Shown here piece by piece: positions 40,440 to 49,548 of a DNA stretch of 53,558 nucleotides. The notes beneath the pieces were generated by a model that saw nothing but the letters and a program-made list of their open reading frames with translations, was not told the DNA's origin and ran no database searches. Position numbers and translations under genes: made by a program. Source of the DNA: a bacterium (GTDB lineage: Bacteria; UBA8248). The stretch lies in assembly GCA_965213685.1 (NCBI GenBank), contig CBDBZY010000010.1:1-53558 (forward strand). Direction: 5' to 3'. Position 1 is the first letter of the stretch. Every line of letters begins with the position of its first letter.

Positions 40440-41537
40440 TTATATCTCGAAGCCGAGCGCGAGCTCCTCGTTCAGCCTTCGCATTTGCTCCAGGACGGCG
40501 GGCGTGATGGGGATGCCGATGCGCCTGTTCTCCTCCTCGGCGATCGCCTCCGGCTCGCCGTGGATGTAGATGCGGTCGTGGCCGGGGGCCTTCTTCGCCC
40601 CCCGGATGGTCTCGAAGAGTCTCGCCATGTCCCGAAAGGTGGCGGACAGGTCCCGGAAGCCCGACATCCGGATGGCGCCCATGAAGTGGCCCGTGGCGGA
40701 TTTCGCCGCCCCCGCCGCTCCCGCCATCCGGCTCTCCAGCCCCGCTCCCGAGAGCGCGCCGCACAGAATCTCTATCATGAGCTGGAGGCCATAGCCCTTG
40801 TGCCCCCCGGTCTCGTCTCCCTCGCCGCCCAGGGGCGCCAGCGGCACCTCGTAGTTGAGAATGCTCTTCTCGTTCAGGGTGGGCGTCCCCATCGAGGAGA
40901 GCACCCAGCCCTTGGGGATTTCGCGTCCCTCCCGAAGCGCCGTCTCGATTTTCCCCACGGCGGTGACGGCGGTGGCCATGTCGAGATGAAAGTCGCCTCC
41001 CCCCGCCCCTCCCGGTATCGCCACGCTCATCGGGTTGGTGCCGAAGAGGGCCTCCGCGCCAAAGGTGGGGGCGGTGCGGCGTCCGCCGTTCGTCATGCTG
41101 ATGCCGATGAAGCCCGCCTCCATCGCCTTTTTCGCCCAATAGCCCGCATAGCCGAAGTGGCTGCTGTTGCGCACGGTCACGAAGCCGGAGCCGTGCTTCT
41201 CCGCCATGGCGATGGCCTCGTCCATCGCGCGGTCCGAGGCGACGATGCCGATGGCGTCGTCCGCGTCGAGCAGGCCGGTGGTGTCGCTTCCCCGGTGGAA
41301 CGTCATCTCCGGCCTGCTGTTCAGGACGCCGTTTTCCAGACGCACCATGAAGAAGGTCAGCCGCGCCGCCCCGTGGCTGCGGATGCCCCGCAGATCGGCG
41401 CTGACCAGCACCCTGGCCACCAGCCTGGCGTCCTCCTCGGGCACGTCCTTGCTGCGGAATATGGTATAGACGAACTCCTCGACGACCTCGGCGGGAAAGC
41501 GCACTGTGCCCTCTGGCAACGGACCGGACTCGACCAT
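40440..41537 (-). CDS. Ldh_2 family dehydrogenase (third paralogue)
   Basis: LRGIRSHG, SSHFGYAG, GTNPMS, GHKGYGL. Confidence 0.92.
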   Translation of the reverse strand: MVESGPLPEGTVRFPAEVVEEFVYTIFRSKDVPEEDARLVARVLVSADLRGIRSHGAARLTFFMVRLENGVLNSRPEMTFHRGSDTTGLLDADDAIGIVASDRAMDEAIAMAEKHGSGFVTVRNSSHFGYAGYWAKKAMEAGFIGISMTNGGRRTAPTFGAEALFGTNPMSVAIPGGAGGGDFHLDMATAVTAVGKIETALREGREIPKGWVLSSMGTPTLNEKSILNYEVPLAPLGGEGDETGGHKGYGLQLMIEILCGALSGAGLESRMAGAAGAAKSATGHFMGAIRMSGFRDLSATFRDMARLFETIRGAKKAPGHDRIYIHGEPEAIAEEENRRIGIPITPAVLEQMRRLNEELALGFEI

Positions 41538-41702
41538 GAAAATCTCCCCAAAATTCGATGATTCGGCGAACGCTCCGCCATATTAGCCCGTCTTTGCGCT
41601 TCTCGGGAAGTCGCGCATCCGCAACGGACCGCCTTGCGGGTTCCGCGCATGTTTTGCCAAAATGTGCTTCTTTTCCCGAAAAAGGCCCTGTGGGAGGGAG
41701 AG

Positions 41703-42758
41703 ATGGGAGCGGTGCGCATAGCGGTGGTGCGCGGAGACGGAATCGCGAACGAGGTGATGCCGGAGGCGGAGGAGACGCTCCGGGCGGCGGCCGACGCCGC
41801 CTCGTTTCCGGTCGAGTTCACCCACTTCGACTGGGGGAGCGACCGGTATCTGGAGCATGGCCGCGCCATGCCCGAGGATGGGTGCGAGACGCTGCGGGCG
41901 CATTTCGACGCGGTGTTTCAGGGGGCGATCGGCGACCCGAGGATTCCGGGCTCCATCGTGCAGGAGCAGGTGATTCTGGGCGTTCGCTTCGGCCTGGACT
42001 TGTACGCCAACATTCGCCCCTGCCGGCTCTACCATGCCGATTTGACGCCGCTCAAGAACAAGGGGGCGGGGGACGTCGACCACGTCGTGGTCCGCGAGAA
42101 CACCGAGGGCCTGTTCGTGAACGTGGGCGGTTTCTTCAAGCGGGGCACGAAGGACGAGGTCGCCCTGCAGGAGGAGGTGCACACCTACAAGGGGGTGGAG
42201 CGCGTCATCCGGGCGGCGTTCGATTTTGCGAGGCGGCACGGGCGGAGAAAGGTCACGATGGCGGACAAGGCGAGCGGCCTGCGCTACGCGGGGGGCATAT
42301 GGCGCCGCGTGTTCGAGGAGGTGCGGGCGGATTTCGGCGACCTCGAATCCGAGGCCAGGCACATCGACGCCGTGGCGATGGAGGTGATTCAGCACCCCGA
42401 GGAGTTCGACGTCATCGTCACGAACAACATGTTCGGCGATATCCTGAGCGACGTCACCTCCGGCCTCGTCGGCGGCCTCGGGCTGGCGGCCTCGGCGAAC
42501 GTGAACCTGGACGGCGTCTCGATGTTCGAGCCGGTGCACGGCACGGCTCCCGACATTTGCGGGCGCGGAATCGCCAACCCGATGGCGGCCATTCTGACGG
42601 GCGCCCTTCTGCTGGAGCATCTCGGTTGCGGGGCGGGCGCCGCCGCCATGCGCCGCGCCGTGGAGGAGGCCATCGCCCACGGGGAGCGCACAGCGGATCT
42701 GGGGGGTGGCCTGGGCACGCGGGAGTGTGGGGACGCTATCAGAAATCGATTGAAATAG
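41703..42758 (+). CDS. isocitrate/isopropylmalate/tartrate dehydrogenase family protein (LeuB-like)
   Basis: GDGIANEV, GAIGDP, VRENTEG, TNNMFGDILSD, FEPVHGTAPDI, ANP. Confidence 0.9.
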   Translation: MGAVRIAVVRGDGIANEVMPEAEETLRAAADAASFPVEFTHFDWGSDRYLEHGRAMPEDGCETLRAHFDAVFQGAIGDPRIPGSIVQEQVILGVRFGLDLYANIRPCRLYHADLTPLKNKGAGDVDHVVVRENTEGLFVNVGGFFKRGTKDEVALQEEVHTYKGVERVIRAAFDFARRHGRRKVTMADKASGLRYAGGIWRRVFEEVRADFGDLESEARHIDAVAMEVIQHPEEFDVIVTNNMFGDILSDVTSGLVGGLGLAASANVNLDGVSMFEPVHGTAPDICGRGIANPMAAILTGALLLEHLGCGAGAAAMRRAVEEAIAHGERTADLGGGLGTRECGDAIRNRLK

Positions 42759-42802
42759 AGATGCTTGCGGTGAATGATGAAAGTAAAATATAGGAGAAGG
42801 AG

Positions 42803-43162
42803 ATGCCGGAAAAATCCGTGCTGGACGTCGAAAACGCCCCTTTTCGGGCGGTGGAGTGGGGGCGCTCGAAGATTCTGGTGAGCCCGGTCGCGAACGGCTC
42901 CGAGCACGTGCGCGTGGGGATGACGGAATACCACCCCGACACCCCGCACGAGCCGCACGCGCACCCCGGCCAGGAGGAGGTCATCTGGGTGCTGAGCGGT
43001 CGGGGGTACACCCAGACGGGGGACGAGAAAATCGACCTCTACCCGGGGGCGGTGGCGTTCATTCCCGCCGGAATGGAGCACAAGACCGCGGCGGTGGACG
43101 GGAAGATGACGGCCATCATCATCAAGGGGCCGGTTCGGGACGCGGACGGGGTGCTGAGCTAG
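42803..43162 (+). CDS. cupin domain protein
   Basis: HAHPGQEEVIWVLSG and IPAGMEH. Confidence 0.9.
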   Translation: MPEKSVLDVENAPFRAVEWGRSKILVSPVANGSEHVRVGMTEYHPDTPHEPHAHPGQEEVIWVLSGRGYTQTGDEKIDLYPGAVAFIPAGMEHKTAAVDGKMTAIIIKGPVRDADGVLS

Positions 43163-44019
43163 GGGGACTCCCGAAACGCGAGCTCCGCGCGAATGAGGTC
43201 GGCCTCCGCCCGGCGTCGGCGGCGCACGCCCGGGAGGGGGTGGTCCTGCTGCATCTGGCCGATGCGCCCGGCCGCCTCCCGCCAGTTCCGCGCGGCCAGA
43301 GGGGGCGCGAGCCGCTCCAGCCCCTGGTTGTGCGCCCCGCGGTTGTAGGCCAGGGAGAGCAGGGCGGTCTGAACGGACGCGGGCGTGCGCGCACCGCCCA
43401 GGACGGGGAACCGCCCGGCGACGCCCTCCCAATACCCCCGGCAGACGCGGGGCATGAGCGCCGTCGCCTGTTCCCTGGTGATGGCGATGCCCCTCAAGGC
43501 GGGGCGCGCCTCCAGCATCATCTCCGCCTCCTCGCCCCGGAGGCCCAGGACGCTTTCCAGATCGCGCAGCTGCCCGGGCGTCAGCAGGGGGCGGTACCAT
43601 GCGAGGCGCTCCGCATCCGCGAACCCAAGGTCCACGCCGGGGTCGAGCGTGACGCCGGATGCGCCGCCGGGCCAGTAGGCGGTGCCCCTGTGTCCCTCCA
43701 TGTCGTGGATGAAGCCCAGGTCGCCCCGGAAGCCGCGCAACGCGCGCGCGGCAACCGCCCTCAGGCGTTCCGCGTCGGAGCCTGTCAGGTGATGGCGCAG
43801 GGAATCCCACGTGGGGCGGTCGGCAAGACCGGTTTCCGGCAGGCCTCGTTCCCGCTGATGGGCCTTGACGGCGTTTTCGGTTTCTGTGCCGAAGCGTCCG
43901 TCGGCGCCTCCCAGGCGGCCGGCGGCGACCAGCCCCTCCTGAAAACAGCGCACCAGGCTTTGGAGCCACGGCCTGCCGCCCGCGAGTCCGTCTCCTTTTT
44001 TCAGTTCGATGCGGATCAT
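43159..44019 (-). CDS. peptidoglycan-binding domain fused to a pesticin C-terminal-like muramidase
   Basis: ADGRFGTETENAVKAHQRERGL..TG (PG_binding_1), FIHDMEG...YWPGGASGVTLDPGVDLG, LSLAYNRG, RRRAEA. ATG at 44019 with GGAG RBS. Confidence 0.85.
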   Translation of the reverse strand: MIRIELKKGDGLAGGRPWLQSLVRCFQEGLVAAGRLGGADGRFGTETENAVKAHQRERGLPETGLADRPTWDSLRHHLTGSDAERLRAVAARALRGFRGDLGFIHDMEGHRGTAYWPGGASGVTLDPGVDLGFADAERLAWYRPLLTPGQLRDLESVLGLRGEEAEMMLEARPALRGIAITREQATALMPRVCRGYWEGVAGRFPVLGGARTPASVQTALLSLAYNRGAHNQGLERLAPPLAARNWREAAGRIGQMQQDHPLPGVRRRRRAEADLIRAELAFRESP

Positions 44020-44174
44020 GGAGTTCTCCCCGGGCGGCGGGGTGAGAAAGAGGGCGCCCCTCCGCCTTCGCGCGCGCGCCGATTGTATATGAGACGCCCG
44101 GCGGAGAAATGACGGGAGAGGCGCGCCGGTGCGGCCGCGCGGGGGAAAGAAAGGAGGGGAGGGGATGCGCGGGT

Positions 44175-45233
44175 TTATGAGGATGGGGATGGAGGCCGTA
44201 TCCAGACCCTGTCGTCTTGCGCCTCGAGTTTCGTCCCGAAAGGCGCGCTGAGCGCATCCATGGCCGCCGCGATTCTGCGGCCCGCTCCCCGCTTGGGGGA
44301 ATGGCGCCTGGGTGCGGCGAACACGCCCGCCGTCGCCGGGATGAGATATGGTTCTTCCACGCCCGTCTCGGTCAGGGCGCAGCCGAACAGGAAGGTGTCG
44401 CGGGTCTCTTCGGTGAAGAAGGGAATGTCGAAGTCGAACATCAGGTTCCCCATGCTGTAGACGATGGGCGCGCCCTTGTAGAATTCGACCGCCTGGAGAA
44501 CGTGCGGATGGCCGCCCAGAACCAGATGTGCGCCCGCGTCGACCGAGGCGTGGGCGATTTCGCGCTCGAAGCCCATGACCTCGTGCGTCATGCTCGTCCC
44601 CCAGTGGTGGTTCACCACCACCAGATCCGCCTTTTTTCGCAAGGCTCTGATCTCGCGCTTCATACGCCTGAGGTGGGCGGGTTCCGCCCAGGTGTCGATG
44701 CGCGGGGCGGTGCCCGGATATTCGGAGAGGTCGCGCCAGGGGCGATACGCGGTATGGGCGCGCACGGGGTTCACCCCCGGCGAGCCGGCGGTGGCCTCGA
44801 ACCCCCTCGGAATGATGGAGGAATAGGCGAGGAAGCCGATTCGGAGGTTTTCGCACTCCAGGAGGACGGGCTTTCCGGCTTCCCGCAGGTTCATGCCGCC
44901 GCCCACGAGCGGAATGCCGAGAGCATCCATGAGCGACAGGGTTTCCGCGAATGCGTCTTCTCCGTAGTCGAGGGCGTGATTGTTGGCGAAGGCCATGACG
45001 TTGAAGTCGGCCTCGGCGAGGGCTTGGGCCATGTCCGGGGCACCGCGCAGCAGAATTTTCTCCGGCGCGGGCGTTCCGCCCTCCGACAGGGGGAGCTCCA
45101 GATTGGCGAAGGAGACGTCCGCCGCCCGAAACAGGGGAGTCAGCCCGCCGAAAGCCCCTCGCGCCTTCGGGCGGTTGATGGCGATGTCCCCGCCCGCCAG
45201 AAGCGTTGGTCGGTTTGGGGAGGAGAGGGACAC
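44175..45233 (-). CDS. CapA/PGA_cap family metallophosphoesterase
   Basis: AGGDI, ANLE, ANNHALDYG, HHWG, GGHPHVLQ, YSMGN. No signal peptide. Confidence 0.9.
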   Translation of the reverse strand: MSLSSPNRPTLLAGGDIAINRPKARGAFGGLTPLFRAADVSFANLELPLSEGGTPAPEKILLRGAPDMAQALAEADFNVMAFANNHALDYGEDAFAETLSLMDALGIPLVGGGMNLREAGKPVLLECENLRIGFLAYSSIIPRGFEATAGSPGVNPVRAHTAYRPWRDLSEYPGTAPRIDTWAEPAHLRRMKREIRALRKKADLVVVNHHWGTSMTHEVMGFEREIAHASVDAGAHLVLGGHPHVLQAVEFYKGAPIVYSMGNLMFDFDIPFFTEETRDTFLFGCALTETGVEEPYLIPATAGVFAAPRRHSPKRGAGRRIAAAMDALSAPFGTKLEAQDDRVWIRPPSPSS

Positions 45234-45241
45234 GGGGGGGC

Positions 45242-46339
45242 CTATTCGGTCAGGCAGAGGCCGTGATCCGGCGTGAAGGAGAGATATATCTTCTGGCCGG
45301 GGTCCAGCTGCTCGAAGTGGTCAATCTCCACGCCCACCTCGTGCGGGCCGAGCTGTACCTGGCAATCCAGGAAGCTGCCCAGATATACGGTGTCGATCAC
45401 CTTGCCTTCCATCAGGTTCGTCGCGCCGGTCGGTTTCTCGAGATGCAAAACGATGTCCTCGGGGCGGATGCTCAGGATGATCCTCCCCCCGACGGGCGCG
45501 TTTTCCGCGCCGACGACCCGCACGCGAAGCGGCGCCTCCCCCGCGCCGAGGGGAATCTCGATGTCCGCCAGTCCCCCGTCGTGGCCGAGCAGCTTGCCCT
45601 CCAGGAGGTTGGCCACGCCGATGAAATTCGCCACGAACGCATTCGTCGGCTCGGCGTAGATGCTTTCCGGGTCCCCGATTTGCTGGATCACGCCCTTGTC
45701 CATCACCACGACCCTGTCGCTCATGACGAGCGCCTCGGTCTGGTCGTGCGTGACGTATATGGAGGTGATGCCCACGTCGTGCTGCAGGCGCGTGAGTTCG
45801 ATGCGCATGTGCTCGCGGAGCTTGGCGTCGAGGTTGCTCAAAGGCTCGTCGAACAGCACCACCTTGGGGTTGTAGACGATGGCGCGGGCGAGGGCGACGC
45901 GCTGGCGTTGTCCGCCGGAGAGCTTGGTGGCGTAGCGTCCGGCGAGGTGGCCGAGTCCCACGAGTTGGAGCGCCTTGGTCGTCTTCTCCTTGATGTTCGC
46001 CCTCGATTCGCGGCGGATTCTCAGGCCGTAGGCCACGTTGTCGAAGACCGTCATGTGCGGCCAGACGGCGTAGCTCTGGAACACCATGCCCAGGTTTCTC
46101 TCCTCGGGCGTCAGGAAGACGTCGTTTGTCACCGAGGTGACGTAGTCCCCCTCGATTTGAATGTCGCCGCTGTCCGGGTGCTCGAGGCCGGCGATGCATC
46201 GCAGCGTGGTGGTTTTTCCGCAGCCCGAAGGTCCCAGCAGGGTGACGAACTCTCCCTGCTCCACGGAGAGGTCGACCCCCGCGACGGCCACTTCCGGGCC
46301 GAATGATTTTACCAGTTTGGTGATCTCGACAAATGACAC
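45242..46339 (-). CDS. ABC transporter ATPase (FbpC/PotA family) with TOBE domain
   Basis: GPSGCGKT, FQSYAVWPH, LSGGQ, FDEPLSNLD. Confidence 0.95.
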   Translation of the reverse strand: MSFVEITKLVKSFGPEVAVAGVDLSVEQGEFVTLLGPSGCGKTTTLRCIAGLEHPDSGDIQIEGDYVTSVTNDVFLTPEERNLGMVFQSYAVWPHMTVFDNVAYGLRIRRESRANIKEKTTKALQLVGLGHLAGRYATKLSGGQRQRVALARAIVYNPKVVLFDEPLSNLDAKLREHMRIELTRLQHDVGITSIYVTHDQTEALVMSDRVVVMDKGVIQQIGDPESIYAEPTNAFVANFIGVANLLEGKLLGHDGGLADIEIPLGAGEAPLRVRVVGAENAPVGGRIILSIRPEDIVLHLEKPTGATNLMEGKVIDTVYLGSFLDCQVQLGPHEVGVEIDHFEQLDPGQKIYLSFTPDHGLCLTE

Positions 46340-46351
46340 TCTGTCTGTCCT

Positions 46352-47452
46352 CTAGGGTCTGACGGCCAGCGTATGATCGGGGTCCAGGCGGACGTACACC
46401 TTCTCGCCCACGCGCAGGCGCTCCCGCGAATGGGCCAGCACCTTCCACTCGAATTCCCCCCACTGCACCCGGCAATCCAGGCAGTTTCCCAGGAAGACGG
46501 CCTGAATCACCTCGCCCCTGATTTCAGGGCCGTCCGCAGGTTCGCGCGAGGCGTTCACGTTCTCCGGCCGGACGGAGAGATAGGCGGGGTCGCCCTCCGA
46601 CAAGCCGTCGTCCAGCAGGCAGGGCAGCCGCACGCTCTCGCCGCCCTGGGATATCTCGATGGTCCCCCTGCCGTCGCCGCCGTTTTTGGCGATCTGGCCC
46701 TCGGCCAGGTTCGCCACGCCGATGAAGTCGCTCACGAACTTGTTGACGGGCCGCGCGTAGATGGAGTGGGGGATGCCCGATTGTTCGATGTGCCCCTTGC
46801 TCATCACGATGATCTCGTCGCTCATGACGAGCGCCTCCGCCTGGTCGTGCGTCACGTAGACCGACGTAATGCCGATTTCGTGCTGAATGCGCTTGAGCTC
46901 GACGCGCATCTGCTCGCGCAGCTTCAGGTCCAGGTTGCTCAGCGGCTCGTCGAAGAGCAGGAGGCGGGGCCGAAACACCATGGCGCGCGCGAGGGCCGCC
47001 CTTTGCTGTTGCCCGCCCGAGAGTTGCGTGGCCATCTTGTCCGCCATGTCGGAGAGGCCAACGATCCGCAGCGCCTCGGCGACGCGGTCGTCAATCTCCG
47101 AGCGCGCGATATTGCGTATCTCGAGCGGATAGGCCCACGTTCTGGGGTCACGTTCATGTGCGGCCAGATGGCGTAGCTTTGAAACACCATGCCGATGTTG
47201 CGCTTCTCCGGCGCGATGTTGACGCGCTTTTTTACCGAGGTGACCGGCTCGGAGGCGATGCGAATCTCGCCCGCGTCCGGCTTGTGGAGACCGGCGATGC
47301 ACATGAGGGTGGTCGTCTTGCCGCAGCCCGAGGGGCCGAGCAGGGTGAGGAACTTCCCCTCCGGAATGCCGAAGGAGATGCCGTCCCACGGCGCGGTCGT
47401 CGCCGAAATACTTGATGAGGTTGGTGACTTCGAGATAGGAGTTTTCGGTCAT
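46352..47452 (-). CDS. second ABC ATPase (FbpC/PotA family), with two compensating frameshifts near 47385 and 47140
   Basis: Walker A and FQSYAIWPH lie in the frame of ORF 46939..47304, while LSGGQ and FDEPLSNLD lie in the main frame. Confidence 0.9.
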   Translation of the reverse strand: MTENSYLEVTNLIKYFGDDRAVGRHLLRHSGGEVPHPARPLGLRQDDHPHVHRRSPQAGRGRDSHRLRAGHLGKKARQHRAGEAQHRHGVSKLRHLAAHERDPRTWAYPLEIRNIARSEIDDRVAEALRIVGLSDMADKMATQLSGGQQQRAALARAMVFRPRLLLFDEPLSNLDLKLREQMRVELKRIQHEIGITSVYVTHDQAEALVMSDEIIVMSKGHIEQSGIPHSIYARPVNKFVSDFIGVANLAEGQIAKNGGDGRGTIEISQGGESVRLPCLLDDGLSEGDPAYLSVRPENVNASREPADGPEIRGEVIQAVFLGNCLDCRVQWGEFEWKVLAHSRERLRVGEKVYVRLDPDHTLAVRP

Positions 47453-47456
47453 TGTC

Positions 47457-49208
47457 TTATGCGGTGAGCGCCTCTTTGCCGGCGACTTTTCGGAAGATGA
47501 CGACGCAGGCGAGAAGCGCGACGGTCTGCGCGATGGAAAGAGCCGACGTCATGGGTTCGTTTTCGAAGTTCGACAGATAGTACACGCCGACGGAGAGCGT
47601 CTCCGTGCCGGCGGAGTAGAGTATGATGGAGATCGAGAGTTCCCTCAGGAATATGACGAACAGCAGAATCCAGCCGGCGAAGATGCCCGGCTTGAGAAGC
47701 GGTATGGTGATTCTCCGCAGGGTCGTGAGCCAGGAGGCGCCCGCCATGCGCGAGCTCTGGTCGAGCTCCTCGGACACGGCCATCATGATGGAGGAGATGT
47801 TTCTCTGCCCGTATGGGAAGAAGCGCGTGATGTAGCCGAGCAGCAATATCCACAGCGTGGCGTAGATGGGCGTCCTGATGTAGGTGACGAGAACGCCCAT
47901 CGCCAGGACGATGCCGGGGAAGCCGATGGGGATCACGCTCAGGAAATCGAGCAGCCTGGCCCCGAAGCCCTTGGTGCGGTGGATCATGTAGCTCACGATG
48001 ATCGCCACGACCATGGCGATGGAGGCACCGCCGAACGCGAGGATGAAGCTGTTGATGATGCCGTTGGTGGCCGCGTCGATGCTCTCGGGCCACCAGAAGA
48101 AGAGCACCTTCTGGTAGTTCCAGAAGGTGAGTTCCGACCAGATGATCCTCCCCGACCAAATCTTGTGGAGGCTCACGAAGAAGAGGCAGAGAATGGGAAG
48201 AACCACGGCGACGAACACGTAGAACATGTTGTAGGCGAAGGCGACCCACTTCCACCCGCCCAGGTCGATCAGGTTCGGCCGGAAGCCCTTGCCGGTCACC
48301 GTCGTGTAGGAGCGGGGCGCAATGATTCGGTGCTGAATCCATATGAAAAACGCCGTCACCGCGCCCACCACCATGCTCATGGCGGAGCCGAGGTAGTGGT
48401 TCGCGTCGTCGCCCACCGCCTTGGTGAAAATCTGCGTGGTCAGCGTCTCCCAGCCGAAGGGGGCAGAGAGCTTGAAGGGGACGCCGAACTCTCCCGCCGA
48501 CGTCACGAACACGATGATGGCGCCCGAGAGTATCGCGGGCGTCACGAGGGGCAGCGTGATGGTCATGGTGGTCCGCAGGAGGCCGGCTCCCGTCGTGCGG
48601 GCGCTGTCCTCGAGCGACGGGTCCATGCGCCGCAGGGAGCCCACCACGAACAGATAGACGAGGGGGGCGAAGAATATCCCCGTCACCCATATGACGCCCC
48701 AGAGGTTGTTGACGTTGAAAAGGGGAAAGGAGATGCCCAGGAGGGATTTCGCCATGTTGTTGAGGATGCCGATTTTCGGAGAGGCCAGATTGTGCCAGGC
48801 GATGGCGCCGACAAAAGGACTCAGGAAGAAGGGGATGAGGTTGAAGGGTTCGAGCTTCTCCCTGCCCGGGCAGTTGGTTCTCGCGTTGATCCACGCGAGC
48901 GACACGCCCAGGAGCGTGGCCAGCACCGTGCAGCCCGTGCTGATGAGCGCGGTGTTGACGAGGGCTTTCCGGATGACGCGGCCCTGGAATATCTCCCTGT
49001 AGTTTTGCAGTCCCCACTCGGTGTCGAAGCCGAGGTCGTCCAGCACCAGAAAGCTGTTGATGACGAGAGCGAACAGGGGCAGGAAGACGGCCACCGCCAC
49101 GATGAGGCTGACGACGGTCGTGGTGATGTTCTCCTGCGTGAACCAGGTGCGCCAGCCGCTCGGGGGAGCGACCTGGAGTTGGGATGTCGCGGTGTCTGTC
49201 GTGGCCAT
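47457..49208 (-). CDS. fused double ABC permease (FbpB family)
   Basis: About 12 TM helices and two EAA loops (LEDSARTTGA, LDQSSRMAGA). Confidence 0.93.
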   Translation of the reverse strand: MATTDTATSQLQVAPPSGWRTWFTQENITTTVVSLIVAVAVFLPLFALVINSFLVLDDLGFDTEWGLQNYREIFQGRVIRKALVNTALISTGCTVLATLLGVSLAWINARTNCPGREKLEPFNLIPFFLSPFVGAIAWHNLASPKIGILNNMAKSLLGISFPLFNVNNLWGVIWVTGIFFAPLVYLFVVGSLRRMDPSLEDSARTTGAGLLRTTMTITLPLVTPAILSGAIIVFVTSAGEFGVPFKLSAPFGWETLTTQIFTKAVGDDANHYLGSAMSMVVGAVTAFFIWIQHRIIAPRSYTTVTGKGFRPNLIDLGGWKWVAFAYNMFYVFVAVVLPILCLFFVSLHKIWSGRIIWSELTFWNYQKVLFFWWPESIDAATNGIINSFILAFGGASIAMVVAIIVSYMIHRTKGFGARLLDFLSVIPIGFPGIVLAMGVLVTYIRTPIYATLWILLLGYITRFFPYGQRNISSIMMAVSEELDQSSRMAGASWLTTLRRITIPLLKPGIFAGWILLFVIFLRELSISIILYSAGTETLSVGVYYLSNFENEPMTSALSIAQTVALLACVVIFRKVAGKEALTA

Positions 49209-49548
49209 GGCCTTACTTTATAAAAAAGATATGGAGACCTGAATGATGAATGAAATCTTCCGGGCGAATCAAGCGCCGGAATCCGGCGGTTCCTCCCGCC
49301 GATGCGCGCCGCCCGCCCCTAGCTTCGCGGTCCCGCGCCGTAGCGCCGTAATATCCTGATCCTGCTTTCCGTTTTCTCTTCTCTGTGCTACCCCCGCTCC
49401 GTTCGTCTCGCGCGCGAGGAGGGGGGGCGCTCTCCTCCAATTCGCTGGTGGTCCGCCGCGCCCGCCCCGTCCACGCGCATCATCGGGAGAGGCGGGGAGG
49501 CCCGCAGAATCGGGGCTCCCGCGCCTCCCCCGAGGGATGATGGGGGTC

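Noticed and set aside
44175-45233. Poly-gamma-glutamate capsule locus
   Set aside because: There are no capB/capC genes and the protein lacks a membrane anchor. The ATP-grasp genes are 40 kb away with no evidence of linkage.
46352-47452. ABC ATPase apparently lacking a Walker A motif
   Set aside because: Walker A (GPSGCGKT) is present in another frame between two compensating indels, which is probably an assembly artefact.
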